DNA from: an uncultured virus (IMG/VR IMGVR_UViG_3300016472_000848)
Lineage: Duplodnaviria; Heunggongvirae; Uroviricota; Caudoviricetes
IMG/VR virus record: IMGVR_UViG_3300016472_000848
Location: 62,001-126,000 of that record
DNA length: 64,000 nt
Direction: 5' to 3' (one strand)
The position numbers were made by a program, and so were the translations under genes. The notes beneath the pieces are model-generated. The model did no database searches. It saw nothing but the letters and a program-made list of their open reading frames with translations, and was not told where the DNA came from. Shown piece by piece: positions 31,214 through 41,900 of this stretch. Numbering within the stretch: position 1 is the stretch's first letter; each line of letters opens with the position of its first letter.

Positions 31214-32428
31214 GTGGCAATATTTAAAGAGTTCAGCGCCGATGATGTTAAAAGTAATCGCTCATATCTAAATCAATTAGTCGATATACTAGGATCAGAT
31301 ATCTCCAGTTCAGCTACTAGAAGACAATATCAAGTTTTCGTTACCGGCGGATTGGGTCCAGGGGTCACCTCCTCTTTATTCCAAACAGTATTCGATCAAG
31401 ATTTTACTCTGCAAACGGCAAATGCAGTATTCGATGTTACATTTGGACTACATAAAGATTCGGGTGTTGTCACTGGAGCAAATCCAACAATTGATTCAAA
31501 TGGAAAATATATCTTTGGATCAAATTATCTAATGATGAGAGAAAAGATGGACATATATCGTCTTTTTGCTCAAAACCTTCTAGGTGATTCTACTTCGAAA
31601 TTTACAACGCAAGTTTCAGGTTCTACCGGATTCGAAATAAAAGAAGCACTTTTCTTTTGCTTTAAACGTCTTTTTGCGCGTGATGCAGTAAAAAGAGAAA
31701 CATTCGCACTAAGATTTGCTTCTACGGGTGCAAACTTTACATCACCAGCTTCAAATTTAAACTTAATAAGTTCAACAGGGTCTATAATCATTACAGATAT
31801 AAATTCCAGTACAAATAAATTTTTTGCTGCCGGTGGACAAGTCTCTACCTTAGTAGATTCCGCTAACGTAAATAATCCATTAGGATTGCTATTTCTAGAT
31901 AAAGGAATCGCTGTTATAGATATGCAAAAAAGTTTTGATGATCGTGGACCGCTAACCGGAGCAATCAGTAGCGTTCAATTTGCAACAGGTATTCAAGCAA
32001 ACTTTACCGGATCCTTCAAAAGCTTAATGGCTTCAGCATCAATTGATGATTTCTTAGACCATGTATGTTCAACAAGATTTACTCGCTCTAATGAGACTTC
32101 AATAACTTTCCAGAATATAACAAATATCAATAGTACTCTATTCTTCTGTCGGGCAGCAGCAGATGAATTCAATTATTCGTCAAATCCAACATTCACCGAT
32201 GCTAATAATAGAATAACTGTAATCGATGAAGGTCAAGAAGAAGTTCAAAGAACATTTACTTTTGTAAGCAGTATAGGATTATATGACGCAAATGACAATC
32301 TTCTGGCAGTAGCAAAAGTAAGTCGTCCGGTTCTAAAAGATGATGAACGCGATTTAACTTTCAAAGTTCGACTTGATTTTTCTAAGAAAAAAGCGGCAAA
32401 TATACTGCAAAAAAACAGAAATATATAA
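31214..32428 (+). CDS. putative tail/baseplate protein with tail-collar/fibre-attachment-like C-terminus
   Basis: EFNYSSNPTF...FVSSIGLYDANDNLLAVAKVSRPVLK...KVRLDF; paralogous to 33035..35371. Confidence 0.7.
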   Translation: MAIFKEFSADDVKSNRSYLNQLVDILGSDISSSATRRQYQVFVTGGLGPGVTSSLFQTVFDQDFTLQTANAVFDVTFGLHKDSGVVTGANPTIDSNGKYIFGSNYLMMREKMDIYRLFAQNLLGDSTSKFTTQVSGSTGFEIKEALFFCFKRLFARDAVKRETFALRFASTGANFTSPASNLNLISSTGSIIITDINSSTNKFFAAGGQVSTLVDSANVNNPLGLLFLDKGIAVIDMQKSFDDRGPLTGAISSVQFATGIQANFTGSFKSLMASASIDDFLDHVCSTRFTRSNETSITFQNITNINSTLFFCRAAADEFNYSSNPTFTDANNRITVIDEGQEEVQRTFTFVSSIGLYDANDNLLAVAKVSRPVLKDDERDLTFKVRLDFSKKKAANILQKNRNI

Positions 32429-32438
32429 AATAGTCTAA

Positions 32439-32489
32439 ATGTTATATCTCTTGTTCTATATTAAATCATTAGACAAGATGTTATAATAT
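32439..32489 (+). promoter_or_regulatory. imperfect hairpin overlapping the ATG at 32488
   Basis: ATGTTATATCTCTTGTTCTA (32439-32458) pairs with TAGACAAGATGTTATAATAT (32470-32489), with one mismatch, one G-U pair and two bulges. Confidence 0.4.
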
Positions 32490-32674
32490 GAAAAAATATG
32501 ATTATGTGTATATAACTTGCAAATCTGGTCCTAAAAATAGGAAACCAGATCGAAAATATTGTTCTGTTGTATCTCTTAGAGAAGATAAAAAATTCTTATG
32601 AATTTTGTAAAAATAATAATATATCACATGTAATATTAGATTTAATCAATATTAATCAGTACAAAACATATTAA
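32488..32674 (+). pseudogene. degenerate remnant of a homing-type endonuclease
   Basis: 37-aa frame MKKYDYVYITCKS...RKYCSVV (zinc-ribbon-like) overlapping a second frame LEKIKNSYEFCKNNNISHVILD...* (TnsA-like endonuclease C-terminal helix); the middle is missing. Confidence 0.45.
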
Positions 32675-32686
32675 AAGTATCGTAAT

Positions 32687-33010
32687 ATGATAAAGCAAAT
32701 AAAAATAGGGGCTCGCACATATACAATTCATGAACAAGATGCAGAAGAAAATTCTGTGTTTAAAGAACATGAAGAAGCATATGGATATATTGAATATCCG
32801 ACATCACAAATTTATATAAGAGCGGATTTGGAAACAACATTTCAAAATGAGACATTAATTCATGAGATCTTGCATGGATTATTAGACAATACCGGAATTG
32901 ATGAGATTAATACGGATCAAGTTACAAAAGCATTAGCTCCTCGGCTTCATGCACTATTAGTGGACAATCCAGATTTTCAAAAAAAGATTTTAGAATTTGA
33001 AAAAAAATAG
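32687..33010 (+). CDS. small zincin-like (HExxH) phage protein
   Basis: YGYIEY...IYI...ETLIHEILHGLL. Confidence 0.7.
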   Translation: MIKQIKIGARTYTIHEQDAEENSVFKEHEEAYGYIEYPTSQIYIRADLETTFQNETLIHEILHGLLDNTGIDEINTDQVTKALAPRLHALLVDNPDFQKKILEFEKK

Positions 33011-33014
33011 TGTA

Positions 33015-33022
33015 ATACTTAA
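33015..33022 (+). promoter_or_regulatory. putative late promoter motif ATACTTAA
   Basis: Intergenic copy 12 nt before ATG 33035. Confidence 0.35.
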
Positions 33023-33034
33023 TATACACGTAAT

Positions 33035-35371
33035 ATGTCGATTCAGAAAATAAGTCCAGATGATATTGAGAGTTTTACATTAGAGACAAATCCGTATAGA
33101 ACGTATGTAAGTTCAGCTAGTGGTATTACTGGTTCTGTTAACCTATTTGCTCGGCGTTCATCTTATGAAAAAGAAATTTTTCCGTTATCTCTTTTTAAGA
33201 AGAGCGAATATAATGATGATAATTTAGAAAATTTAAGAAAATTAGTATTATCAAATACATCTAGCAATGTAAAAGATTCTATTTCCGGGTATTTGTCTGC
33301 TGTAACAGCACAACAATCTTCTGTTAGAAAAGAACAGAAATTAGACATTTACAGATTTGAACCGCCGTTTGTTTTTAATTCTAACACATTAAGAAAAAAA
33401 ATAACAACAGAAATTTTAATGCCATATTATAGGATAACATATCCTAATGCACAATTTGCGATATCAAATTATCATTGTTTAAATTTTTATACTGCAAGTA
33501 ATGTACCTTCTGACTCTGTTTTATTATATGCAAATCCTAGCAGAACAGGTACTAATCCAGATGATTTATCTATATATGGATTTTCCGGTTCTTTTTCATT
33601 TGATTTTTGGATTAAGCCCAAATATACTTCATATGACTACAAAGCAGGAGCTATTGCTCATTTAACTGGCTCCTACTGCCTATCTTTGCATAGTGGTTCT
33701 TCAAAAGATGTTAACGGATATCCAGATGCATTTAAACTAGTTTTACAATTAACTGACTCAGCGAATATTCCTCCATCGTTAATAACTTCTAGTCAATATA
33801 TATTTTCTTCTTCTGATAATGCTATAAAAAGAGACGAATGGAGTCATGTTAGTGTTCGATGGGGTGGTGCATTATACAATAATGGCACAGGTTCATTTTT
33901 AATTAATTCTGTTGAAAATTCACAATTTACAATTACAAATTCGTTAATTTTTGGTGATTATTTAAACGGCAATCCTTCTGTATTGTGTATTGGAAATTAT
34001 TACGAAGGCGGTAACTACGGATACAGTTCAACAGATTTTTTCTTTACACAAGAAGTAGCTGCAAGAGAAGGATTAATTACAATTACTACCAGCAGTGATC
34101 CAGGTGTTTTTTATCCTCCATCTGGTACTTTTGGTTTTACTCATCCATTAAATGCAGAGGTGCAAGAATTTAAAATTTATGATCGTTATTTGTTTTCAAA
34201 TGAGATTCAACAATTAAACGTTTCTGCACCAACTACGGATACTTCCAACTTATTGTTTTATTTACCTCCTTTCTTCACAGAAGAATCTCCATATAGAAAA
34301 TATTATCTTGGAGATGGAGGAATACCTATAACACCATTCCAGAGTCAAGATGGCGCTTCTAGGCATCCTTTTTCCGTTGACATGGCATTTTCTGTTGGTG
34401 GTTTATACATGAATTTAGAAAATTATGTGAGAGATTTTGCTACAGGCAACTATCCAAGATTGTGGTCTTTGACTTGCTCTCTTATAAATGATAATTTTCA
34501 AACACCAGAATCTGCAAATACAATATTATATAATACAGGATCAAACAGAAAAAGATTGTTTACAATATTACCATCTGACAATGGTAAAACTTTTCCAAAT
34601 TATAGTTTCTTAACATCGCTTTCAAGATCTCAATTTGTAACAGATGCTGGTTCATATGCTCCTGGATACATTACTTTAAAAAATCTTGTACCAGAGCCAG
34701 AATCGACAAAATATTTCCCATATGAATCTGGTTCATTTTTCGAACAATTAGTTGGACCCAATCCAGGATCTTATGCTGCACAGAATTTTTCTAGTAGTAG
34801 TTTAGCGATAGTAAGACGAACAAAAGACAATTCCTCTAACCAAATAGCAATTTTTGATATAAGTAATTTATTCTATGGAAAGCAAATTAAACCAGGTAGT
34901 TTTACTATAACAGATACCGGAATATCAGGATCGAACGGAACACAAAAAATAACTCTAAAAGATGATGGCATAGGAAATCTTTATAGAGCAAATGCTATTG
35001 GCGCACATCCAACATGGGCAAGTGTAGGAAATATATTCTACAATGAAGGAATTGCCATAATAAAAAGTCCACAACTAACTTTTTTTGGTAGCGAACAATT
35101 TGAAATAAATTTTCAAGGCGTTCAAGATATTCATGTATTAACAATTAATGCATTCGCTAGAAGTCTACAATTAATCTCTTCCTCAAATACATCTTATACG
35201 ACTCAAAGTATCGATACAAATGCAAACAATACAGATACGAGATATGTGTATATTACAAGTTTATTAATTCATGACGATAATTTAAATGTAATTGCTAGAA
35301 CAAATATAGCACAACCAATTGTAAAATACAGTGCAGACAAATATCTTTTTAAATACAAGATGGATTTTTAA
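33035..35371 (+). CDS. LamG-containing tail/baseplate protein (paralog of 31214..32428)
   Basis: SFSFDFWIKP, EWSHVSVRW LamG motifs; LKDDGIGNLY, VGNIFYNEGIAII; C-terminal YITSLLIHDDNLNVIARTNIAQPIVK...KYKMDF*. Confidence 0.7.
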   Translation: MSIQKISPDDIESFTLETNPYRTYVSSASGITGSVNLFARRSSYEKEIFPLSLFKKSEYNDDNLENLRKLVLSNTSSNVKDSISGYLSAVTAQQSSVRKEQKLDIYRFEPPFVFNSNTLRKKITTEILMPYYRITYPNAQFAISNYHCLNFYTASNVPSDSVLLYANPSRTGTNPDDLSIYGFSGSFSFDFWIKPKYTSYDYKAGAIAHLTGSYCLSLHSGSSKDVNGYPDAFKLVLQLTDSANIPPSLITSSQYIFSSSDNAIKRDEWSHVSVRWGGALYNNGTGSFLINSVENSQFTITNSLIFGDYLNGNPSVLCIGNYYEGGNYGYSSTDFFFTQEVAAREGLITITTSSDPGVFYPPSGTFGFTHPLNAEVQEFKIYDRYLFSNEIQQLNVSAPTTDTSNLLFYLPPFFTEESPYRKYYLGDGGIPITPFQSQDGASRHPFSVDMAFSVGGLYMNLENYVRDFATGNYPRLWSLTCSLINDNFQTPESANTILYNTGSNRKRLFTILPSDNGKTFPNYSFLTSLSRSQFVTDAGSYAPGYITLKNLVPEPESTKYFPYESGSFFEQLVGPNPGSYAAQNFSSSSLAIVRRTKDNSSNQIAIFDISNLFYGKQIKPGSFTITDTGISGSNGTQKITLKDDGIGNLYRANAIGAHPTWASVGNIFYNEGIAIIKSPQLTFFGSEQFEINFQGVQDIHVLTINAFARSLQLISSSNTSYTTQSIDTNANNTDTRYVYITSLLIHDDNLNVIARTNIAQPIVKYSADKYLFKYKMDF

Positions 35372-35424
35372 AAATGCCTAGAAGATATTATATGTGTTCT
35401 TCTTATTAGGGTAGGGTTCCACCC

Positions 35425-35907
35425 GTGACGGCAACACAGCAAAAAAAAAGAAAAAAAAGAAAAAGAAAATCTAGATATAAAACTGGAATTTACAAATCTA
35501 CGAAATGTCAAAATGAAATTCGTTACCGTTCTTCTTGGGAATATTATGTTTGTAAATTTCTCGATGAACAAATAGATGTTATTTCGTATGAATACGAGTC
35601 TTTAAAAATACCTTATATTTCAAATATACGGAGTAAAAAAATTAGAAATTATATTCCTGATTTTATTGTAAATTATACTGATGGGACCACAAAAATAATT
35701 GAAGTCAAAAGGAAAAGTGCGCTCAATAATAACATTGTAGTAAAGAAAGCAGAAGCAGCAACAGAATGGTCAAAAAAGTTAACTCAAGAAGGAAATCCAA
35801 CAATTTACGAGATGTGGACGGAAGCAATAATATTTCCGATTCGTCGCCGGTTTCTTCTTCTGGAGGAACAGAAGAAACAAAAAAAGAAGAGAAAAACGAA
35901 AGAATAG
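35425..35907 (+). CDS. head completion nuclease, T4 gp4-like (TnsA N-terminal endonuclease fold)
   Basis: YRSSWE...YES.KIPY...YIPDF.V......IIEVK...K..AA.EW. Confidence 0.75.
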   Translation: MTATQQKKRKKRKRKSRYKTGIYKSTKCQNEIRYRSSWEYYVCKFLDEQIDVISYEYESLKIPYISNIRSKKIRNYIPDFIVNYTDGTTKIIEVKRKSALNNNIVVKKAEAATEWSKKLTQEGNPTIYEMWTEAIIFPIRRRFLLLEEQKKQKKKRKTKE

Positions 35908-35915
35908 TTGATTTC

Positions 35916-36746
35916 TTAGATAGATTTATATTTCCAAACGTATCCTGCTGCGGTTTTTTGTTTTCCTCTACAGCAATCGCTTATTGAACATGCACTTATT
36001 TGAACTGCAATTGAAGCAGATTGTATTGAAGAATACGTTTTCATTAATATTCCATCCTTATATTGCTCTACTTCTTTTCTTTTAGCTGCAAGAGCTTTCT
36101 CAAGAGCAGCTAACACTTTTTGTTTTGTTTCGGGATTATCGTGATAAGCTTTTTTATTTGATATTTTTCTTTTTTCATTTGCAGCATTTTTTTCTTCTAA
36201 GCTTATTTTTCTATTCTTTTGAGCCATGGAAATCTTTTTTATATAATCCGGATTTGAACAACGTTCTGCAACTTTTTTTCGTTGCATCTCTTTCATGCCT
36301 TCGGTCCATTTATTGCCATAATTTGAGTTTTTATCGCCGGTTCTTTTCTTTGCCAACTCTGATAAAATTTTCTTTGTTTCATTATTGTGTTTATAAAAAG
36401 CATCCGACATTAATACTTCTTTTTTAATATTATAGCATTCTTTTTGTTTATCGTAGTATTTGTCAACATAATATTGTTCTTTTAGTGTTCTTTGGCGTTT
36501 ATCTCCATCCAATAGTTCTAATATTTCAAAAACTAAAAAGTCATGATTTCCGTTAAGAAGATAATATTTGTTGAAATCATTTTGCAGATATTTATTTTGA
36601 TGCTTGTTGTTTATGAGTGATCGCTGATGATTTTTCCATCTTTCTTTAAATTCTCTTGCAGATCCTATATAAACTCTATTGTTTAGAATGTTAGTTATTT
36701 TATATATACCAGATTTAAGTGAGTGCCCATCGTATATAAATTTCAT
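35916..36746 (-). CDS. GIY-YIG homing endonuclease with NUMOD3/NUMOD1 DNA-binding modules
   Basis: SGIYKITN...VYIGSA...RW..H; HNNETKK..S, GDKNSNYG; C-terminal YSSI..A.......ISDCCRGKQKTAAGYVWKY; AAGGAG RBS. Confidence 0.9.
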   Translation of the reverse strand: MKFIYDGHSLKSGIYKITNILNNRVYIGSAREFKERWKNHQRSLINNKHQNKYLQNDFNKYYLLNGNHDFLVFEILELLDGDKRQRTLKEQYYVDKYYDKQKECYNIKKEVLMSDAFYKHNNETKKILSELAKKRTGDKNSNYGNKWTEGMKEMQRKKVAERCSNPDYIKKISMAQKNRKISLEEKNAANEKRKISNKKAYHDNPETKQKVLAALEKALAAKRKEVEQYKDGILMKTYSSIQSASIAVQISACSISDCCRGKQKTAAGYVWKYKSI

Positions 36747-36764
36747 ACATTTAGCTCCTTAAAT

Positions 36765-36772
36765 ATAAATAT
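36765..36772 (-). promoter_or_regulatory. putative late promoter motif ATATTTAT
   Basis: On the minus strand 18 nt before the GIY-YIG start, oriented with that gene. Confidence 0.4.
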
Positions 36773-36791
36773 ACATCAGGGGAGGTTTTAC

Positions 36792-37373
36792 ATGGAAAAA
36801 GAAGAGAAAACATTAGAAAATAAGCGTTTAGTAGACTTGGCGTTTGATATTTCCACATCTGTAGTTGGCATATGTGTGTTAGATAGTAAAACTGGGGAGC
36901 TTGTAAAGCTTACTCATAAGAAGCTTGTTAAGTTTAAAGATGAATATGAGAAGGCAGACAACTTCCTTTCAGATTGGGTAGAACCATCTTGGAAAGTTCG
37001 TCGCATATACATTGAGGAAGCCGCCAAAAAGTTTACACCAGGGTTTTCTTCTGCTGACACAATAATGACATTAGGACGTTTCAACGGTATTCTCTCTTAT
37101 ATGGTTTATCAGTTATTTGGCGTTAAACCTATTATGGTTAATGTTCGCTCTGCACGCTCTAAACTTAACATTAAGATAGATTATAAAGATAAAACTTCAT
37201 CCACAAAGGATAAGGTATTTCTTATTGTAAGAACTTTAAATCCCAATTTTCCATGGATAATCCGCGAAGCAAAGAGTGGACAGTTTAAAGGGCAAATGAT
37301 ATATGATAAAGTAGGGGAAGATATGTCCGATGCGTGGGTTATTTGTCGGGGCGGTATGTTATTGAATCCTTGA
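36792..37373 (+). CDS. RuvC-like Holliday junction resolvase
   Basis: LAFDISTSVVG (D), IYIEE (E), L.RFNGIL, DMSDAWVI (DxxD); ATG 36792 follows GGAGG. Confidence 0.8.
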   Translation: MEKEEKTLENKRLVDLAFDISTSVVGICVLDSKTGELVKLTHKKLVKFKDEYEKADNFLSDWVEPSWKVRRIYIEEAAKKFTPGFSSADTIMTLGRFNGILSYMVYQLFGVKPIMVNVRSARSKLNIKIDYKDKTSSTKDKVFLIVRTLNPNFPWIIREAKSGQFKGQMIYDKVGEDMSDAWVICRGGMLLNP

Positions 37374-37379
37374 GGAATT

Positions 37380-38000
37380 ATGTCATCTACAAAAAGAAAG
37401 AAAAAGGGTCCAGCATTCGATTATTATCCAACGCCAAAATGGTGCGTAACAAGATTATTGGAAAAGGTAAACTTTAGAACTTCTAATATTCATTGGCTTG
37501 AACCTGCTGTGGGCGATTGTTCGATTGTTGATGCAGTAAACGAGTATTGCAGTATAAAGAATCAACCAAGTCCTATTTGGACTGGACTGGAAATTCAATC
37601 AGGATTCGAGGAGGCGATTAAACAAAGAAATATAAATTATCAAATTGGAGATTTCTTTAATCGTTCCTTAAACTTAGGAAATCCTAATATCATTATAACT
37701 AATCCACCATTTAGTTCCGCATTAGAATTTATTAAAAGGGCAATAGAGCTTCAACCTGAGTATGTATGCATGTTGCTGCGATTGAACTTCCTGGGCTCTG
37801 AGGAGCGTTCTAGCTACCTTAGAGAGCATACTCCAGATATATATGTCATTCCGAATAGACCTTCTTTCAATGGAGGCAAGACGGATAGTATTGAATATGC
37901 ATGGCTGGTATGGTCCTCTAGAAACAACTATGGTTTAAATCAAAATGGTTCTTTGTGTATTCTCGATTCTACAAACAAGAATGAGAGAAAAAAGAAGTAA
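37380..38000 (+). CDS. DNA amino-methyltransferase (N6-adenine/N4-cytosine)
   Basis: DYYPTP, WLEPAVGDC (SAM-binding motif I), IITNPPF (motif IV), EYAWLVW. Confidence 0.85.
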   Translation: MSSTKRKKKGPAFDYYPTPKWCVTRLLEKVNFRTSNIHWLEPAVGDCSIVDAVNEYCSIKNQPSPIWTGLEIQSGFEEAIKQRNINYQIGDFFNRSLNLGNPNIIITNPPFSSALEFIKRAIELQPEYVCMLLRLNFLGSEERSSYLREHTPDIYVIPNRPSFNGGKTDSIEYAWLVWSSRNNYGLNQNGSLCILDSTNKNERKKK

Positions 38001-38980
38001 TGCATACCAGAGGACAAGTTATTGAATTTCTTGAAAAAATTTTTGGAAATGGGATTCAATCTAATCAAGGATTGAACATTTCCGTTGTTTGTCCTATCTG
38101 CAAAAAAACAAAAGATTCTACATATGATAAGAAAAAATTAGTAATACGCACTGATAATTTCTTAACTCATTGTTGGATTTGCGGCTATAAATCTAAAAAC
38201 ATATTAGAGCTGCTACAAAAATTTCACAAAGTATATACAGAAGAATATATCAAAGGATTTTTAAAATCAGAAGAATTATTTGCTGAAATAAAAGAAAATG
38301 TAGAAGAAGATAAATCTATTAGATTACCTCTTGATTTTGAATTATTAGCTACAGCAGATAGACAGGATCCATTGGTTCGAAGATATATCGGGTATCTAAA
38401 ATCCAGAGGTATTAAAAATATAAATTTAGAGAGTTCTCTGTGGTATTGGAGATTTGGATTTAGCAGAAATGATACAAGATACAAGGATCGAATTATTTTT
38501 CCTTCATTTGATGAAAATGGTAATTTAAATTATTTTACTGCAAGAAGCATAAATAAGTTTATAAAACCAAAATATGTAAATCCTCCAATTAATCGCAATT
38601 CAATCATTTTTAATGAAATTATCCTTGATTGGAAAAAACCTTTAGTACTTGTTGAAGGTCCATTTGATTTGATAAAGTGTACTCAAAATGCAACTTGCAT
38701 TTTAGGTTCTGAATTGAATAATGATTATTTATTATTTCAAAAAATTATTAGAAATAATACTCCTGTAATATTAGCATTAGATCCAGATGCGGCAGTAAAG
38801 CAAAATAAAATTGCTAAAGAATTATATTCTTGGAATATTGACGTAAGAGTATTAGAAATACCAAAAAAATATTCTGATGTAGGCGAAATGGAATCAGAGC
38901 AGTTTATATCTATTTTAGGAAATGCTATCCCATTCAGTGTAGAGTATTCGCTGAAAAGTAAAATTGCAAGGATAATATAA
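38000..38980 (+). CDS. DNA primase
   Basis: Zn-finger CPIC...HCWIC, RIIFP...YFTAR, TOPRIM VEGPFD and ALDPDA. Confidence 0.88.
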   Translation: MHTRGQVIEFLEKIFGNGIQSNQGLNISVVCPICKKTKDSTYDKKKLVIRTDNFLTHCWICGYKSKNILELLQKFHKVYTEEYIKGFLKSEELFAEIKENVEEDKSIRLPLDFELLATADRQDPLVRRYIGYLKSRGIKNINLESSLWYWRFGFSRNDTRYKDRIIFPSFDENGNLNYFTARSINKFIKPKYVNPPINRNSIIFNEIILDWKKPLVLVEGPFDLIKCTQNATCILGSELNNDYLLFQKIIRNNTPVILALDPDAAVKQNKIAKELYSWNIDVRVLEIPKKYSDVGEMESEQFISILGNAIPFSVEYSLKSKIARII

Positions 38981-41900
38981 TGTGTAAAATAGTTCAAATA
39001 AGCGATATTCATTGGCGAGGAATATCAAGACACGAAGAATATACAGAAGCTTTTACTCGTCTTTATAAACAGATAAAAGATTTAAATCCAGATTTAATCA
39101 TAAATACTGGCGATTCATTTCATACAAAGACACAGGGGATTACGCCAGAAGTAATTGAAAAATTAACTTGGATGTTTAGAAGTTTAGATGAAATTGCACC
39201 ATCAATTACGATACTTGGAAATCATGATGGAAATCTATCTAATAACGATAGGCAAGATATCATTTCCCCTATCTTCGATGCAATAAGACCTCCTAGATCT
39301 GTTCTTTGTAAACAATCTTTGAGTTTTAACTTGGAAGACAAGTTTCCACAGTTGCCAAATGCATCAAAATTTAGATTTCATATCTATTCCCCTTTTGATC
39401 AGGATAATTGGGATAAGATACAAATAGATTCAAGAAGAATAAATATTGGGTTATTTCATGGTTCAATGCTAGGATGCGAAACAGACCAGGAATATGTTTT
39501 GATTGAAGCAGAAGCCGATCTGTCTTATTTTAAAAACATTGATTTCTTATTATTGGGAGATATACATAAACATCAATGGATTTCCAAAAGAATGGATAAG
39601 GACGAAGTGTTAAAGCCATGGGCAGCATATCCTGGTTCCCTTATTCAGCAAAATTTTGGAGAAATAGAAACTAAAGGATTTTTAGTTTGGGATATAAGAG
39701 AAAAAAATGATTGGGATGTCAATTTTCATCAATTAGAAAATAGAATGCCTTTCATTACAATTCCATGGATGAATAACATTTTTGATACAATACAAAATAT
39801 TGCTGTTGAAAGAAAAGAAAATGCATTCTTACCAGGAACCAGATATCGTATAAGCTCTTCTCAAGCTCTATCTCAGATAGAAACTAAACAATTAATAAAT
39901 GAATTAAAAGAAAATAGAAAAGCTGATGAAGTTACTTTTAAATATGAATTTATTAATCGACTTGATACCATTAATACAGAAGGTGGATTATCGTTATCAA
40001 AAACAAATCTAAAAACAAATGTAGATGGTATACAAGAATTATTTCTTCAGTATCTAGATGCACACAAAGAGAATCTTACTTTAACTAAAGAACAATTAGC
40101 TATTGCTCAAGAAAAAATTAAGGATTACTTAAAGCAAGTTAATTTACAAGAACCAGATCTTTTACATAGAAACGTATCCTGGACTGTTAAATCTCTGGAG
40201 TTTAATAATATTTTCAGATATGGTGAAAAAAATTCTATAGATTTTAAAAATTTAGAAGGTATCGTTGGTATTTTTGGACCTAATAAAACAGGTAAAAGTT
40301 CTATTATTGGATCGTTAATGTATGGGCTATTCAACACCACTGATCGTGGTCCAGTAAAAGCTTCATATATTATTAATAAAAATAAAACTAATTGCTCTGT
40401 TGATGTTACATTTAATGTAGATAATACGAATTATCTTGCAAGAAGACAAACATCTAGAGTAATAAGTAAAAAACAAAAAGATGATGATAAAACAGTAACA
40501 ACGCTAAATCTTTATCGTTTAGAAAATGATAAAAAAATTGAATGTAATTCGATTTCTAGAGAAGAAACAGATAGAGAAATTAAAAAGTTAATAGGCACAT
40601 CAAATGATTTCCTATTAACAGCCTTGTCTTCTCAAGGAGATATGAATAAATTCATTAACGAAGGAGCAACGCAACGAAAAGCAATATTATCTAAATTTCT
40701 TAATTTAGATTTATTTGAAAAATTGCATTCTTTGTGCAAAGAAGATTATTCGATAATAAATGATAGAACTAAAGAATATAATTCTAAAGATTGGTCTTTA
40801 ACGTTAAATAAAATATTTGAAGAAATAGACTTCTTGGAGAAATTAGTAGAGGATCAAGAAAAAGAAATACTAAATTCTAAAGAAACTATTGAATTGCATA
40901 AGTTATGGTTTGCAAAAAATCAACAACAAATAGAAAATGTTGATCTTGTAAAATTACAAAATAATATAACTAAATTGTCTTCTGAAATTTCTTCATTAGA
41001 AACAAATGAAGAATTGTTGTTGAAAAAAACAACATCTATGAAGCAACAAATTAAAGATCTTAAAAAGTCTAATTCAGAAATTAATATAGAAGAGTTGGCA
41101 GAAAAGGCTTCTAAACTTGATGAATTAAAAAAGTTATTACTTGAGAATAAGCCGAAATTATCAAGAGAAACTTTAATTTTAGAAAATCAAACAAAATCTA
41201 TTAAAAAATTAGAAATAGTTCCTTGCGGTGATTCGTTTCCAACATGTCACTTTATCAAAGATTCCCACGAAGACAAGAAAAACGTTAAGAAACAGTTAAA
41301 AGAAGTAGAAAAAATAAAAACAACCATTCAAGAGCTTGATTCTACTCTCCAACTTCTCCTACAAGAAAAAATTAATGAAAAGCTAAATGAATTTAATTTA
41401 AATGAGCAGAGAATAAAGTCAATAGAAAGCGATCTTAATTCGAATTTATCAAAATTAGATTTGATAGCAGATCAAAAAAGTTTTATTTCATTGAAACTGG
41501 CAGAAGACAAAGTAAAATTACAGGATATAAGATCGAGAACAACTGAAGAAATGCAAGCAGAAGCTGAGAGACGACAAGAAATTGTCAGTTCTTTATATAC
41601 CAAAATAAAACTATTAGAATCTTCTATAAAGCAAAATCTAATAAAGATTGGTGCTAAATCTGAATTTTTAGAAAAAACAAAAAAAGAACAAAATGAAGGA
41701 AGAGTGTTAATCGAAAGACTTAAAACTTACGATGCAATATTAAGTGCATTTAGCAAAACAGGAATACCTTCTATTGTATTGAAAACGCAATTACCCACTT
41801 TAAATTCTGAATTAGAAAAAATATTAAGTGGAGTTGTTAACTTCAAGATTATTTTAGAGATGGATGTAAACAGCAATGCTATGGATGTCTTTATTCAAGA

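Noticed and set aside
35408..35424. Small hairpin (GGGTAGGGTTCCACCC) before the GTG of the gp4-like gene
   Set aside because: Too short and unstable to support a regulatory claim.
35425..35907. TnsA-like protein as evidence of a Tn7 transposon
   Set aside because: No TnsB/TnsC or terminal repeats; the YRSSWE motif and context fit a gp4-like head completion nuclease.
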